From: Candidatus Margulisiibacteriota bacterium
GTDB lineage: Bacteria; Margulisbacteria; WOR-1; O2-12-FULL-45-9; XYB2-FULL-48-7
Length of the DNA stretch: 64,000 nucleotides
Direction: 5' to 3'
Assembly: GCA_041658645.1 (NCBI GenBank)
Contig: JBAZZV010000002.1
Coordinates: 35,828 to 99,827 of the forward strand
Below the pieces are notes generated by a model. It saw nothing but the letters and a program-made list of their open reading frames with translations. It searched no databases and was not told where the DNA came from. Made by a program: the position numbers and the translations under genes. This document shows, piece after piece, positions 28,747 through 36,769 of the stretch. Position 1 is the first letter of the stretch. Each line of letters begins with the position of its first letter.

Positions 28747-29694
28747 TTATTCCGGTAAAACCGAGGCCGTTTTCGGCTCGTTTTGGGCGATCGCTTTCCC
28801 AACAACTGTTGGGTTGGATTCGGTTTTTGGCGTGATGGAAACCGACCAGTAATGGACCGGCTCGGCTTTGTCAAGATAAGCGTAATCGACGCCAAACCCG
28901 CCGAGATTGATCCCCAGCCCGGCGGTCGAGCAATCGAGGCCGCGGCCGGCGCGGATCGCCAGCCCCCGGACCGGCTGCCATTCACAGCCAAGCTCTGTCC
29001 CCTCTACCACCCAGGTCACGCTGTTGCCGAAGATCTTGCCGGAAGCGCCAAGCAAGACCGCGCTTTTCCGCTCTTCGACGGTGGTCAGGTTGGGGATGTC
29101 TTTTAAGCCATCCCCGCTGAAGAAGTTCTGCAACGAGAGGCCGAGCGAGAGGTCGCTGTTCGGCTTGAAAACGGTCGCCAGGTCGAGGTCGATGTTCGAG
29201 CCGCCATCCTGGGACAACCCTTTGGCAGTCCCGAGCTTGCGGCTGGAAAACTTGACGTTGGCGCCAACAGAAAGAACACCCATATTGTCGGAGACCTTGA
29301 TCTCTTTATTTAACTCCCTGGCCAGGCTGACGTACAAGGTCTGGGTGGAATATCTGGTCAGGGCCTCGCCATCCCAGCCGATCAGGCTGGCCGCGCTGAT
29401 GATCGGGTCGGTCGAGCCGACATAGCCGATACCGATAGCGCCGAGCGGAGTGTTCTCGACCCCGCCGATCAGCGTATATTCGCGACCCTCCGATAAGCGG
29501 GTAGAAACGAGGACCGCCTCGCTCTGGACCTGGTAGATGCCGGCCGGGTTAATGAAGATGGCATTGGCATCGTCCGCCAGGCCGGCGAAAGCGCCCCCCA
29601 TCCCCATCGGACGGGCTCCCAGATTTTCCTGGGCAAGAGCGGGCACGGCTAACATTATGATGATGGCCAGCAGGGCAAAAGTTTGTTTGCTCAT
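28747..29694 (-). CDS. Outer-membrane beta-barrel protein, PorV/PorQ/FadL-like (315 aa), with a signal peptide.
   Basis: Signal peptide MSKQTFALLAIIIMLAVPALAQ. The N-terminal motif ARPMGMGGAFAGLADDANAIFINPAG is characteristic of the PorV/FadL-like barrel family. Amphipathic beta-strands alternate to the C-terminus. Confidence 0.7.
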   Translation of the reverse strand: MSKQTFALLAIIIMLAVPALAQENLGARPMGMGGAFAGLADDANAIFINPAGIYQVQSEAVLVSTRLSEGREYTLIGGVENTPLGAIGIGYVGSTDPIISAASLIGWDGEALTRYSTQTLYVSLARELNKEIKVSDNMGVLSVGANVKFSSRKLGTAKGLSQDGGSNIDLDLATVFKPNSDLSLGLSLQNFFSGDGLKDIPNLTTVEERKSAVLLGASGKIFGNSVTWVVEGTELGCEWQPVRGLAIRAGRGLDCSTAGLGINLGGFGVDYAYLDKAEPVHYWSVSITPKTESNPTVVGKAIAQNEPKTASVLPE

Positions 29695-29703
29695 TCCACT
29701 TGT

Positions 29704-29733
29704 TTAATCGGGGCGAAGAGGGGAAAACTTGCG
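29704..29733 (-). promoter_or_regulatory. Sigma-28 (FliA/SigD)-like promoter motif upstream of the OMP gene: CGCAAGTTTT-N12-CCCGATTAA.
   Basis: One of seven instances of a bipartite motif with fixed spacing. It lies 10-35 nt upstream of the ATG. Confidence 0.5.
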
Positions 29734-29742
29734 CGGGTTCTG

Positions 29743-30834
29743 CTAATATATCGTGTCAGGCTTTAAGCGGGACATTTTCGGGACATCCGAATCGGGCCGG
29801 ATAACACAGCGGTTGGCGATGACCCCGCCGCTCCCGACCTTCGCCCCGCGGCCAATATGGCAAAAACTGCCGATAACGGAACCGTCAACCTGGGCGCCGG
29901 CGGAGACGACCACATCGGCCCAGAGGACCGAACCGGTAATGACCGCGCCGTCACCGATCACGCATTTGTCGCCAATAACCGCGTCCTTGACATAGACATC
30001 CTTCCCGACCTGACAGCGGTCGCCGATAATGACCGCCCCCTCGAACCTGGCTGACGGCTCGATCTTTTCCCGCTCCCCGACCCAGGAAGAGCTGGAGAGT
30101 TTTTTCCCCGGTATCCTGATCTGGAGCGCCCCTTTCAAGGCGTCGTAATTGGATTGAATATATTTCTCCAGCCCGCCGACGTCGTTCCAGTATTCCAGCA
30201 TCTTATAACCGTAAATGGCCGCTTGGTCGGCCACCAGGCGCGGGAAGAGCTCTCGGCCGAAGTCGTGAAAACCGTCCGGAATAAGCGGCAATATCTCCGG
30301 CTCAAAAACGTAAATGCCGGTATTGGCCAGGTCGCTTAAGGCGTCCGCCGGTTTTGGCTTTTCCTGAAAGCCGATTATCCTGCCGCTCTCATCCTGGATC
30401 ACGACCCCAAACTCGCTGACGTCACTCACCTGGCTTAAAGCGATCGTGGCCAGCGCCTGCTTCTTTTTATGGTGCTCAACCAGCTTGGTCAGGTTGATAC
30501 TGGTCAGGGCATCAGAGGAAAGGACAACAAATGTCTCATCGATCCGGGCGATGCGGGCCATCTTTTTCACCCCGCCCGCGGTGCCGAGAAGCTCTTCTTC
30601 GAAAGAATAGTTCAGATTGACCCCGAAAGCGTCGCCGTCGCCGAAGTAGTTCTCGATCTGCTCCGGGTGATAGTGGATATTGGCCGTGATCTGGTCAAAC
30701 CCGTGTTTCTTGAGGAGCTCGATATTATGCCGCATCGTCGGCAGGTTGACGATCGGGGCCATCGGCTTGGGGATCGCGAGCGTCAGCGGCTCCAGGCGGG
30801 TGCCGTAGCCGGCGGCCATGATGAGCGCTTTCAT
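29743..30834 (-). CDS. Sugar-1-phosphate nucleotidyltransferase with a C-terminal left-handed beta-helix (mannose-1-P guanylyltransferase / GCD1-like).
   Basis: MKALIMAAGYGTRLEPLT is the NTP-transferase G-x-G-T-R motif. C-terminal hexapeptide repeats (VIGDKCVIGDGAVITGSVLWADVVV). Confidence 0.8.
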   Translation of the reverse strand: MKALIMAAGYGTRLEPLTLAIPKPMAPIVNLPTMRHNIELLKKHGFDQITANIHYHPEQIENYFGDGDAFGVNLNYSFEEELLGTAGGVKKMARIARIDETFVVLSSDALTSINLTKLVEHHKKKQALATIALSQVSDVSEFGVVIQDESGRIIGFQEKPKPADALSDLANTGIYVFEPEILPLIPDGFHDFGRELFPRLVADQAAIYGYKMLEYWNDVGGLEKYIQSNYDALKGALQIRIPGKKLSSSSWVGEREKIEPSARFEGAVIIGDRCQVGKDVYVKDAVIGDKCVIGDGAVITGSVLWADVVVSAGAQVDGSVIGSFCHIGRGAKVGSGGVIANRCVIRPDSDVPKMSRLKPDTIY

Positions 30835-31325
30835 CCGCGGTCGATCTTCCTGATCCGGCGTAGATGCCGGGCCTCGCCGGAAAACTGGGTCTTTAACCAG
30901 AGGGCTACTATTTTCAGCGCTTTGGCCGGCTGAACAGCGTGCCCGCCAAGACAGAGGACATTAGCATCACCATGTTCGCGGCTCTGCTTAGCGGTGTACT
31001 CACTGTAGGCATTGACCGCCCGGACCCCCCGGACCCGGTTGGCAGTGATCGTCACCCCTACTCCGGAACCACAAACCAGAATGCCGCGGGTGAACTTCTT
31101 TTTGGCGACCGCCCGGGCGACCGGATAGGCATAATCCGGGTAATCGCACGACTCGTCGGAGTACGTCCCAAAATCCTTGAAGACGATCTTCTTACCGGCT
31201 AAATATCGTTTAATCGCCTCTTTCAGTTTAAAGCCACCGTGGTCGGAACCGATTGCTATCTTCATAAACTTACCCCCAAAATGTAGGGACAGGGCTTGTC
31301 CCTGTCCGAATTTTCGGACAACCAC
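30831..31325 (-). CDS. rpiB: Ribose-5-phosphate isomerase B (RpiB/LacAB family).
   Basis: MKIAIGSDHGGFKLKE ... GILVCGSGVGVTITANR are the RpiB signatures. Confidence 0.85.
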   Translation of the reverse strand: MVVRKFGQGQALSLHFGGKFMKIAIGSDHGGFKLKEAIKRYLAGKKIVFKDFGTYSDESCDYPDYAYPVARAVAKKKFTRGILVCGSGVGVTITANRVRGVRAVNAYSEYTAKQSREHGDANVLCLGGHAVQPAKALKIVALWLKTQFSGEARHLRRIRKIDRG

Positions 31326-31336
31326 AAGGGTTGTCC

Positions 31337-32035
31337 CTACAATAATCCTTTCATTTCAGCAACAGCTTGCTTCAGCCCAACCACCACCGAGCGGGCGATG
31401 ATCGAAAAACCGATATTGAGCTCTTCGATCCCGGGAATGGCGGCAATCGGTTTGACGTTGTTATAATCGAGACCGTGACCGGCGTTGATCCGGAGCCCGA
31501 TCAGCCTCGCCTGCTGGGTCGCCACGCCGATCCGCTCTAAGTCCCGAGGCGATCCGATCCGGGCGTATTTCCCGGTATGCAGTTCGATAAAATCAGCCAT
31601 CAAGACCGCCGCCTCTTCCACCTGCTTCTTATCCGGCTCAATGAACAAGCTAACTAATATTCCAGCAGCTTGCAATTTTTGAATAATCTTCCTTATTTTG
31701 AAGTTTGAAGTTTGAGGTTTGAGGTTGAGTCCCCCCTCCGTAGTCAATTCCCGCCGTTTCTCTGGCACCAAGGTCACCATCTCCGGCTTGAGCTTGAGGG
31801 CGATCTTCTGCATCTCCGGCGTCGCCGCCATTTCGAGGTCGAGCCGGGTCGGCAATTCCCTTAAGCGGAAAACATCTTTGTCTTTGATGTGGCGGCGGTC
31901 TTCGCGCAGATGGCAGACTATCCCGTCAGCGCCGCCGGCGATCGCTTCAGCCGCCAGGGCGACCGGATCGGGAGTTGTTTCCTGTCGCGCCTCCCGCAAG
32001 GTGGCAATGTGGTCGATGTTTACGCCGAGTTTCAT
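31337..32035 (-). CDS. pdxJ: Pyridoxine 5'-phosphate synthase.
   Basis: MKLGVNIDHIATLREAR...GADGIVCHLREDRRHI...AGHGL are canonical PdxJ motifs. Confidence 0.9.
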   Translation of the reverse strand: MKLGVNIDHIATLREARQETTPDPVALAAEAIAGGADGIVCHLREDRRHIKDKDVFRLRELPTRLDLEMAATPEMQKIALKLKPEMVTLVPEKRRELTTEGGLNLKPQTSNFKIRKIIQKLQAAGILVSLFIEPDKKQVEEAAVLMADFIELHTGKYARIGSPRDLERIGVATQQARLIGLRINAGHGLDYNNVKPIAAIPGIEELNIGFSIIARSVVVGLKQAVAEMKGLL

Positions 32036-32508
32036 AATTGTTTGTGGATCAGGCAGACGGCGTACGCCTTCATTCCTTTCTTCGTCCCGGTAAAGCCGAG
32101 CTTTTCTTCCGTCTTCCCTTTGATATTGACCAGGTCGGGGGTAATGTCGAGGGCGGCGGCGATGACCCCTTTCATCGCTTCGATATAAGGGGCAAATTTC
32201 GGCTCTTCCGCCACGACCGTGGCGTCAATATTATTGATGAAAAAACCGCGGGCCCGGACCAGCTCGCGGACGAACTCCAGCAGTTTAACGCTCGGAATAT
32301 TCTTGTAATTCTTGTCGCCGGGAGGAAAATGCCGGCCGATATCTCCCTCGCCGAGCGCCCCGATCAACGCGTCGATGACCGCGTGGAGGAGAACATCGCC
32401 ATCGGACCAGCCGAGCAGGCCAAAGCCGTGCGGGATCTCTACCCCGCCAACGACCAGCGGGCGACCCTTGACCAACTTATGAACATCGTAACCAATACCT
32501 ATTTTCAT
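32032..32508 (-). CDS. ispF: 2-C-methyl-D-erythritol 2,4-cyclodiphosphate synthase.
   Basis: MKIGIGYDVHKL...GHSDGDVLLHA are IspF motifs. The ORF extends further upstream, but the conserved start MKIG at 32508 gives the canonical 159 aa. Confidence 0.85.
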   Translation of the reverse strand: MKIGIGYDVHKLVKGRPLVVGGVEIPHGFGLLGWSDGDVLLHAVIDALIGALGEGDIGRHFPPGDKNYKNIPSVKLLEFVRELVRARGFFINNIDATVVAEEPKFAPYIEAMKGVIAAALDITPDLVNIKGKTEEKLGFTGTKKGMKAYAVCLIHKQL

Positions 32509-32528
32509 GGCCTTATTATACCGTAAAT

Positions 32529-33152
32529 CTAATATCCCTTCAAAAAGTAGAGGACCGCGGAGACATATTCCCAAACGACAAAAGAAAGGTCCTCGTGCCT
32601 GGTCCACCAGCGTTGGGAATTGAATTGCCGGTCCGGGGCCGGCCAGACAAGGACCGAGATCCCCTCCGGCCGATAAAGTTTGCGGAAGACTCTGGCCGCC
32701 CGCCCGGAATGATAGCTCGACGTGACCAGGATGACCCTGCGGGCACCGCTCCCCTTGACCAGCGGCAGGGAATATTTAGCGTCTTCGATGGTCGAGCGTG
32801 ACTCCCCCTGGGTGATGATCGCCGCCGCCGGCACGCCGAGAGCGATCGCCTGCTTCTTCATCCAGTCGGCATAGGTCAGCTGCCAGGCGAGCGGTCCGCC
32901 CGACATTAATATCAGTGGCGCGTAACCAGACTTATACAGCTTGACCCCCTCAGCCACTCGCTCCCCATTAGCGTCACCAGCCAGGACCAATATCAGGTCG
33001 GCTTTGGCCAAAGTGTCGCGGACGACCAAACGGTCAGCCATGTACTGTAGAAAATACGGGTGGACCAGGGCGAGCGCCAGGAAGGAAAAGAGGATTAACA
33101 GGAAACCTGCGACTAAACGTCGCGGTTTCCTGTTTTCGTGACTATTTTTCAT
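32529..33152 (-). CDS. YdcF/ElyC (DUF218) family envelope protein.
   Basis: N-terminal TM helix. LVLAGDANGERV...ILMSGG matches the DUF218 pattern. Confidence 0.7.
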   Translation of the reverse strand: MKNSHENRKPRRLVAGFLLILFSFLALALVHPYFLQYMADRLVVRDTLAKADLILVLAGDANGERVAEGVKLYKSGYAPLILMSGGPLAWQLTYADWMKKQAIALGVPAAAIITQGESRSTIEDAKYSLPLVKGSGARRVILVTSSYHSGRAARVFRKLYRPEGISVLVWPAPDRQFNSQRWWTRHEDLSFVVWEYVSAVLYFLKGY

Positions 33153-34288
33153 CGCGGCAGGCGGAAGAGCGAACGGAGGATGAACTTAGGGTTTTTGGCC
33201 ATCCCCATCAGTAGAGTGCCGATCGTCGGGTAGGTACGGGGATTGGAAGCGAGGCTCCAGATGACCGAAGAGTGGTTCTCGAAATCGCCGATCTGCTCGA
33301 TCAGCCGGGCATTGTCCCGGACATATTCAAATAGTTTTTTCAGGATATCGTCACCCATATTTTCCAGGATATAACGGAGGAGAAGGCAAACCTTGATCTC
33401 CTGTTCGAACTCTTCGCTCCAGCGGGCGGTATATTGCGCCAGGTTACCTTCGCGGATCGAGTCGACCAGCAGTTCGGCCGACTTCATCCCGTAATAAATC
33501 CCGCCCGAGGTGATCGGCTTGACCTGGCAGGCGGCATCGCCGACCAGCGCCGCGTTCCCCCGGACCAGCTCACAGTTACCGATCGGGATCGCCCCGGCAT
33601 TTTTTTCGATGATCTCCCCGGTCAGGCCGTTCTTCTCCATGTAATTGTTAAGTTCCTGGTAAGGATTGTTGCAGATCGTCCCGAGGCGGACGACCCCATC
33701 CCCTTCCGGGATCAGCCAGGTAAAGAGGGAAAAAGGTTTGATATAACTGACCGTGACCTGGTCTGTCCGCTCTGCTTCCATCTTGACCCGGTACTGGTAG
33801 CCGCGGTAGAGCTTCATGTCGGAAGTAAAACCGAGCGCCCGGCGCACCCGGGAGTTCGGGCCGTCGGCGCCGATCACCAGGTCGGCAAAATACTCGCCGT
33901 TGTTGGTTTTCAGGAGGTAGCCGTCCCTGATCTGGTGAATATCCTGAAGCTCGGTGCTAAACTCGATCTCGAGCTTCTGGCTCATTTCCTTATCAAAAGA
34001 GGCGCGATCGACGATCAGGGCGACCCCCGGCCGGCGGAGCTCAAAGCTGATCTCGTTAAAAGAGACTTTCGCCCCGTCAATTGTGTTGACGACCGACTTG
34101 CGGGAAACGGGGAGGCGCATCTCTTCGAAGATCCCCTTGCCGACGATCCCGGCGCAGGAGACCGGTTTGCCGACTTCAGGGTGCTCTTCGAGAATGACCG
34201 GGTTGTAACCGTAATGTTTGAGCAGTTGCGCGGTGTAGCAACCGACCGGCCCCGCTCCGACCACGATGATCTTGAGGTTCTTTTTCAT
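33149..34288 (-). CDS. FAD-dependent geranylgeranyl reductase family oxidoreductase.
   Basis: IIVVGAGPVGCYTAQLL Rossmann GxGxxG. Length and conserved GD/ALVGDAA-type motif are typical of the GGR/ChlP family. Confidence 0.75.
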   Translation of the reverse strand: MKKNLKIIVVGAGPVGCYTAQLLKHYGYNPVILEEHPEVGKPVSCAGIVGKGIFEEMRLPVSRKSVVNTIDGAKVSFNEISFELRRPGVALIVDRASFDKEMSQKLEIEFSTELQDIHQIRDGYLLKTNNGEYFADLVIGADGPNSRVRRALGFTSDMKLYRGYQYRVKMEAERTDQVTVSYIKPFSLFTWLIPEGDGVVRLGTICNNPYQELNNYMEKNGLTGEIIEKNAGAIPIGNCELVRGNAALVGDAACQVKPITSGGIYYGMKSAELLVDSIREGNLAQYTARWSEEFEQEIKVCLLLRYILENMGDDILKKLFEYVRDNARLIEQIGDFENHSSVIWSLASNPRTYPTIGTLLMGMAKNPKFILRSLFRLPR

Positions 34289-34348
34289 CTCCGGAATAAA
34301 TATTATAGCCTATTTGCGGCCGTGAGTAAACCCTGCTAAAATAAACCC

Positions 34349-36769
34349 GTGCGCCGCCTACTTTCACTATTGTCCTGTGCTCTGCTCATTAGCGGCTCCA
34401 GCTGGGCCTCGACCGGGATAATTTTTGACCAGGCCGGAAATTGCCTCCGGTTCACCGCGACGACCGAGGTTACCCTGGCCAAGTCACTAGATGGCGGCCA
34501 AACTTTTGGCCCGGCCCGGACCCTCTACCAACTCTCGCCAGAAGCCGGTGCCGCCAGCCTGAACCTGGGCCAGGACGGAGCCACGATCCTGACCTATCTC
34601 ACCAGCGGTGACGCTTATTGTGCCGTGGCCCAAAATAATAGCGCCTGGTTCGCGCCGCCGGTCAAGATCTCGGTCGAAGCGGTCAGCGCGGCAACCATCA
34701 CTACCGACCAATTCGGACGGGTCCACGGCTTAATCGTCACCCGGAACCACGGGAAGCGACTGCTCTACGCCAACCTCCCCCAGCTGGCTTCCCTGGAGGC
34801 AAGCTTCGAAGCAAAAGTGGTGACGGAAACAGGTGACGATATCATCAACCCGCTCCTGACCCTTTCCCCCTGGGGAATAGCCGTCGCCTGGCAGACCCAT
34901 TATCTGGAGCGGCAGGAAACATTCCTGAAGATCTCGCTCGATGGCGGCCAAACTTTTGGCCGGACGAAAACGGTCGCTTTCGGCGGTGACCTGGCCGGGC
35001 TGGCCTTCCGCGGGGACAAATGGCTGTTGGTCAGCAACGGGCCAACACCGCTCTTTACTCCGCTCCCCGAACCACCGGTCAAGGCGGCCTTACCGCTCAT
35101 TCTTTCCCCAACCAAAGACCAGGCGCTCAATACTCTGACCCCGGAGGTCGTTTTCGCGACGCACAGCCTCGACCCGGTCATCTGCCGGCTCGACCTTTCG
35201 GCCGACCGTTCTTTTCCCAAGAACAACACTTATAACTTTGAATTCATCACCCAGCCGACACCGGAAGCGGTTTACCGCCTCCCGGTCGATCTGATCGACA
35301 GCCCCTATTTCATCCGACTGGCGCTTTTTGACGGCTATACGACCGGCGCCTATTCTTCGCTGGAAAGTTTCCGCATTGACCGGTTGCCCCCCCGGATCAC
35401 CCTCCTCGCCCCGACCGCCGAAAGCAGCGACAGTTTTGAAATAACCGTCAGCGGCCAGATCGACGGAACGGCCCGCTTGACCTTGAACGGCCAGATCATC
35501 ACCACCGAAGCGGATGGCTCTTTCAAGACAGGGTTGACTCTCTCTCCAGGCAACAATCCACTCCTCCTGGTGGCGACCGACGAAGCACTTAACAGCAGCC
35601 AGTTGGCCAGGACCATCACCTTCTCCTCCGACCGCCCCCAGCTTAGCTTGCTGAAACCGAAAGCCGGTGACTGGTTCAAGCCCGGTTCCGCCTGCCTGAT
35701 CGAACTTACGGTCAAAGACCTGCAGGGAGATATTGAAGATGAAAGCGAAGCGGAGCTCCGCTTTAACGGACAACTGCTGGAAGACAAACTAACTTATGAC
35801 CAACAGGCGGGTAAACTCTCCGGCTTTATTACGCTCCCCCAGGAGCTGCTCGACGGCCAGAACCGGGCCAGCGTTAGCTTGCGCGACGCCGCCGGCAATA
35901 CTGGCGAAAAAGAATGGCTGGTCAACCTCGACCATCTCCCGCCGGTCCTGACCCTCGTCTCCGGCGAGGCCGCTTATAGCCGGTCGCCCTGGATCATCAC
36001 CCTCCCCCTGACTGATGAGGGAGCGGGGATAGATCCGCTGGGGACGATCGTCAGGTTGGCCGGAATTTCACTGGAGGTCAGCCCAAGCGGAGAAGTCTAT
36101 GCCAAAACCTTCTTGCTCGACGGCAGTTATGAAGTGGAAGTCATGCCGCGCGATCGGATCGGCAACAACGGTCCGGCCCAGAAATATCCCCTGATCGTTG
36201 ATACCCGCTCGCCCAGCCTGCGGATCGAAAGCAGTGAAGCCGTGGACGGCCAACCGTACATTTTACTGAAAGGGGAAGCGGAGGACGATCACCTCGGCCT
36301 GATCAGCATTTACAATAATGACCGGCTGGTCGATTCTTTCCAGCCGGACGACCGCCATTTTGTCCGCCAGACGCCGCTGGAGGGAGGGAACAATAGTTTC
36401 CGGATCGAAGCGGCCGACCGGGCCGGAAATACGACGGTCAGCAGTTTCACCATTCTCACCTCGGTCCAGGCGGCCGCGCTGGTCAATCGTGCCGGCTACG
36501 CCCCTAATCCGTTCTCACCCCGGTCAGACGGCGAGCTCGCTTTCACCTACAACCTCTCCGCCCCGGCCGAGTTGAAGTTTTACCTTTTTGACCTAAGCGG
36601 AGCGCTCGTCTGGAAAAAGGAGTTGTCTAACGCGACGGCCGGCGTTGTCCGCTGGAACGGGCGGGACCATTTTGGGGGAGTGGCACCGAACGGGGTCTAT
36701 ATATATTTACTGCAAGTATCGGCCAACGGGAGCACGGAGATAAAACGGGGCAAGGTGATAGTTCTCTAG
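34349..36769 (+). CDS. Secreted cell-surface protein (806 aa) with N-terminal BNR/Asp-box repeats, Ig-like repeats and a C-terminal FlgD-Ig/T9SS-type sorting domain.
   Basis: Signal peptide MRRLLSLLSCALLISGSSWAS. Two Asp-boxes (SLDGGQTFG). C-terminus YAPNPFSP...FYLFDLSGALVWKK...GVVRWNGRD..GVYIYLLQV matches the FlgD Ig-like / Por secretion tail pattern. Confidence 0.75.
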   Translation: MRRLLSLLSCALLISGSSWASTGIIFDQAGNCLRFTATTEVTLAKSLDGGQTFGPARTLYQLSPEAGAASLNLGQDGATILTYLTSGDAYCAVAQNNSAWFAPPVKISVEAVSAATITTDQFGRVHGLIVTRNHGKRLLYANLPQLASLEASFEAKVVTETGDDIINPLLTLSPWGIAVAWQTHYLERQETFLKISLDGGQTFGRTKTVAFGGDLAGLAFRGDKWLLVSNGPTPLFTPLPEPPVKAALPLILSPTKDQALNTLTPEVVFATHSLDPVICRLDLSADRSFPKNNTYNFEFITQPTPEAVYRLPVDLIDSPYFIRLALFDGYTTGAYSSLESFRIDRLPPRITLLAPTAESSDSFEITVSGQIDGTARLTLNGQIITTEADGSFKTGLTLSPGNNPLLLVATDEALNSSQLARTITFSSDRPQLSLLKPKAGDWFKPGSACLIELTVKDLQGDIEDESEAELRFNGQLLEDKLTYDQQAGKLSGFITLPQELLDGQNRASVSLRDAAGNTGEKEWLVNLDHLPPVLTLVSGEAAYSRSPWIITLPLTDEGAGIDPLGTIVRLAGISLEVSPSGEVYAKTFLLDGSYEVEVMPRDRIGNNGPAQKYPLIVDTRSPSLRIESSEAVDGQPYILLKGEAEDDHLGLISIYNNDRLVDSFQPDDRHFVRQTPLEGGNNSFRIEAADRAGNTTVSSFTILTSVQAAALVNRAGYAPNPFSPRSDGELAFTYNLSAPAELKFYLFDLSGALVWKKELSNATAGVVRWNGRDHFGGVAPNGVYIYLLQVSANGSTEIKRGKVIVL

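Noticed and set aside
31685-31730. Tandem tttgaagtttgaagtttgaggtttgaggttgag repeat inside pdxJ, and similar caaacttcaaa tracts near 63555-63590.
   Set aside because: This is low-complexity hexamer slippage within coding sequence. The protein length and motifs are normal. No functional element is inferred.
32509-32607. N-terminal 33-aa extension of the ispF ORF, which would overlap the YdcF-like gene.
   Set aside because: The conserved IspF start MKIGIGYDVH begins at 32508. The extension is unconserved and creates a gene overlap, so I trimmed it.
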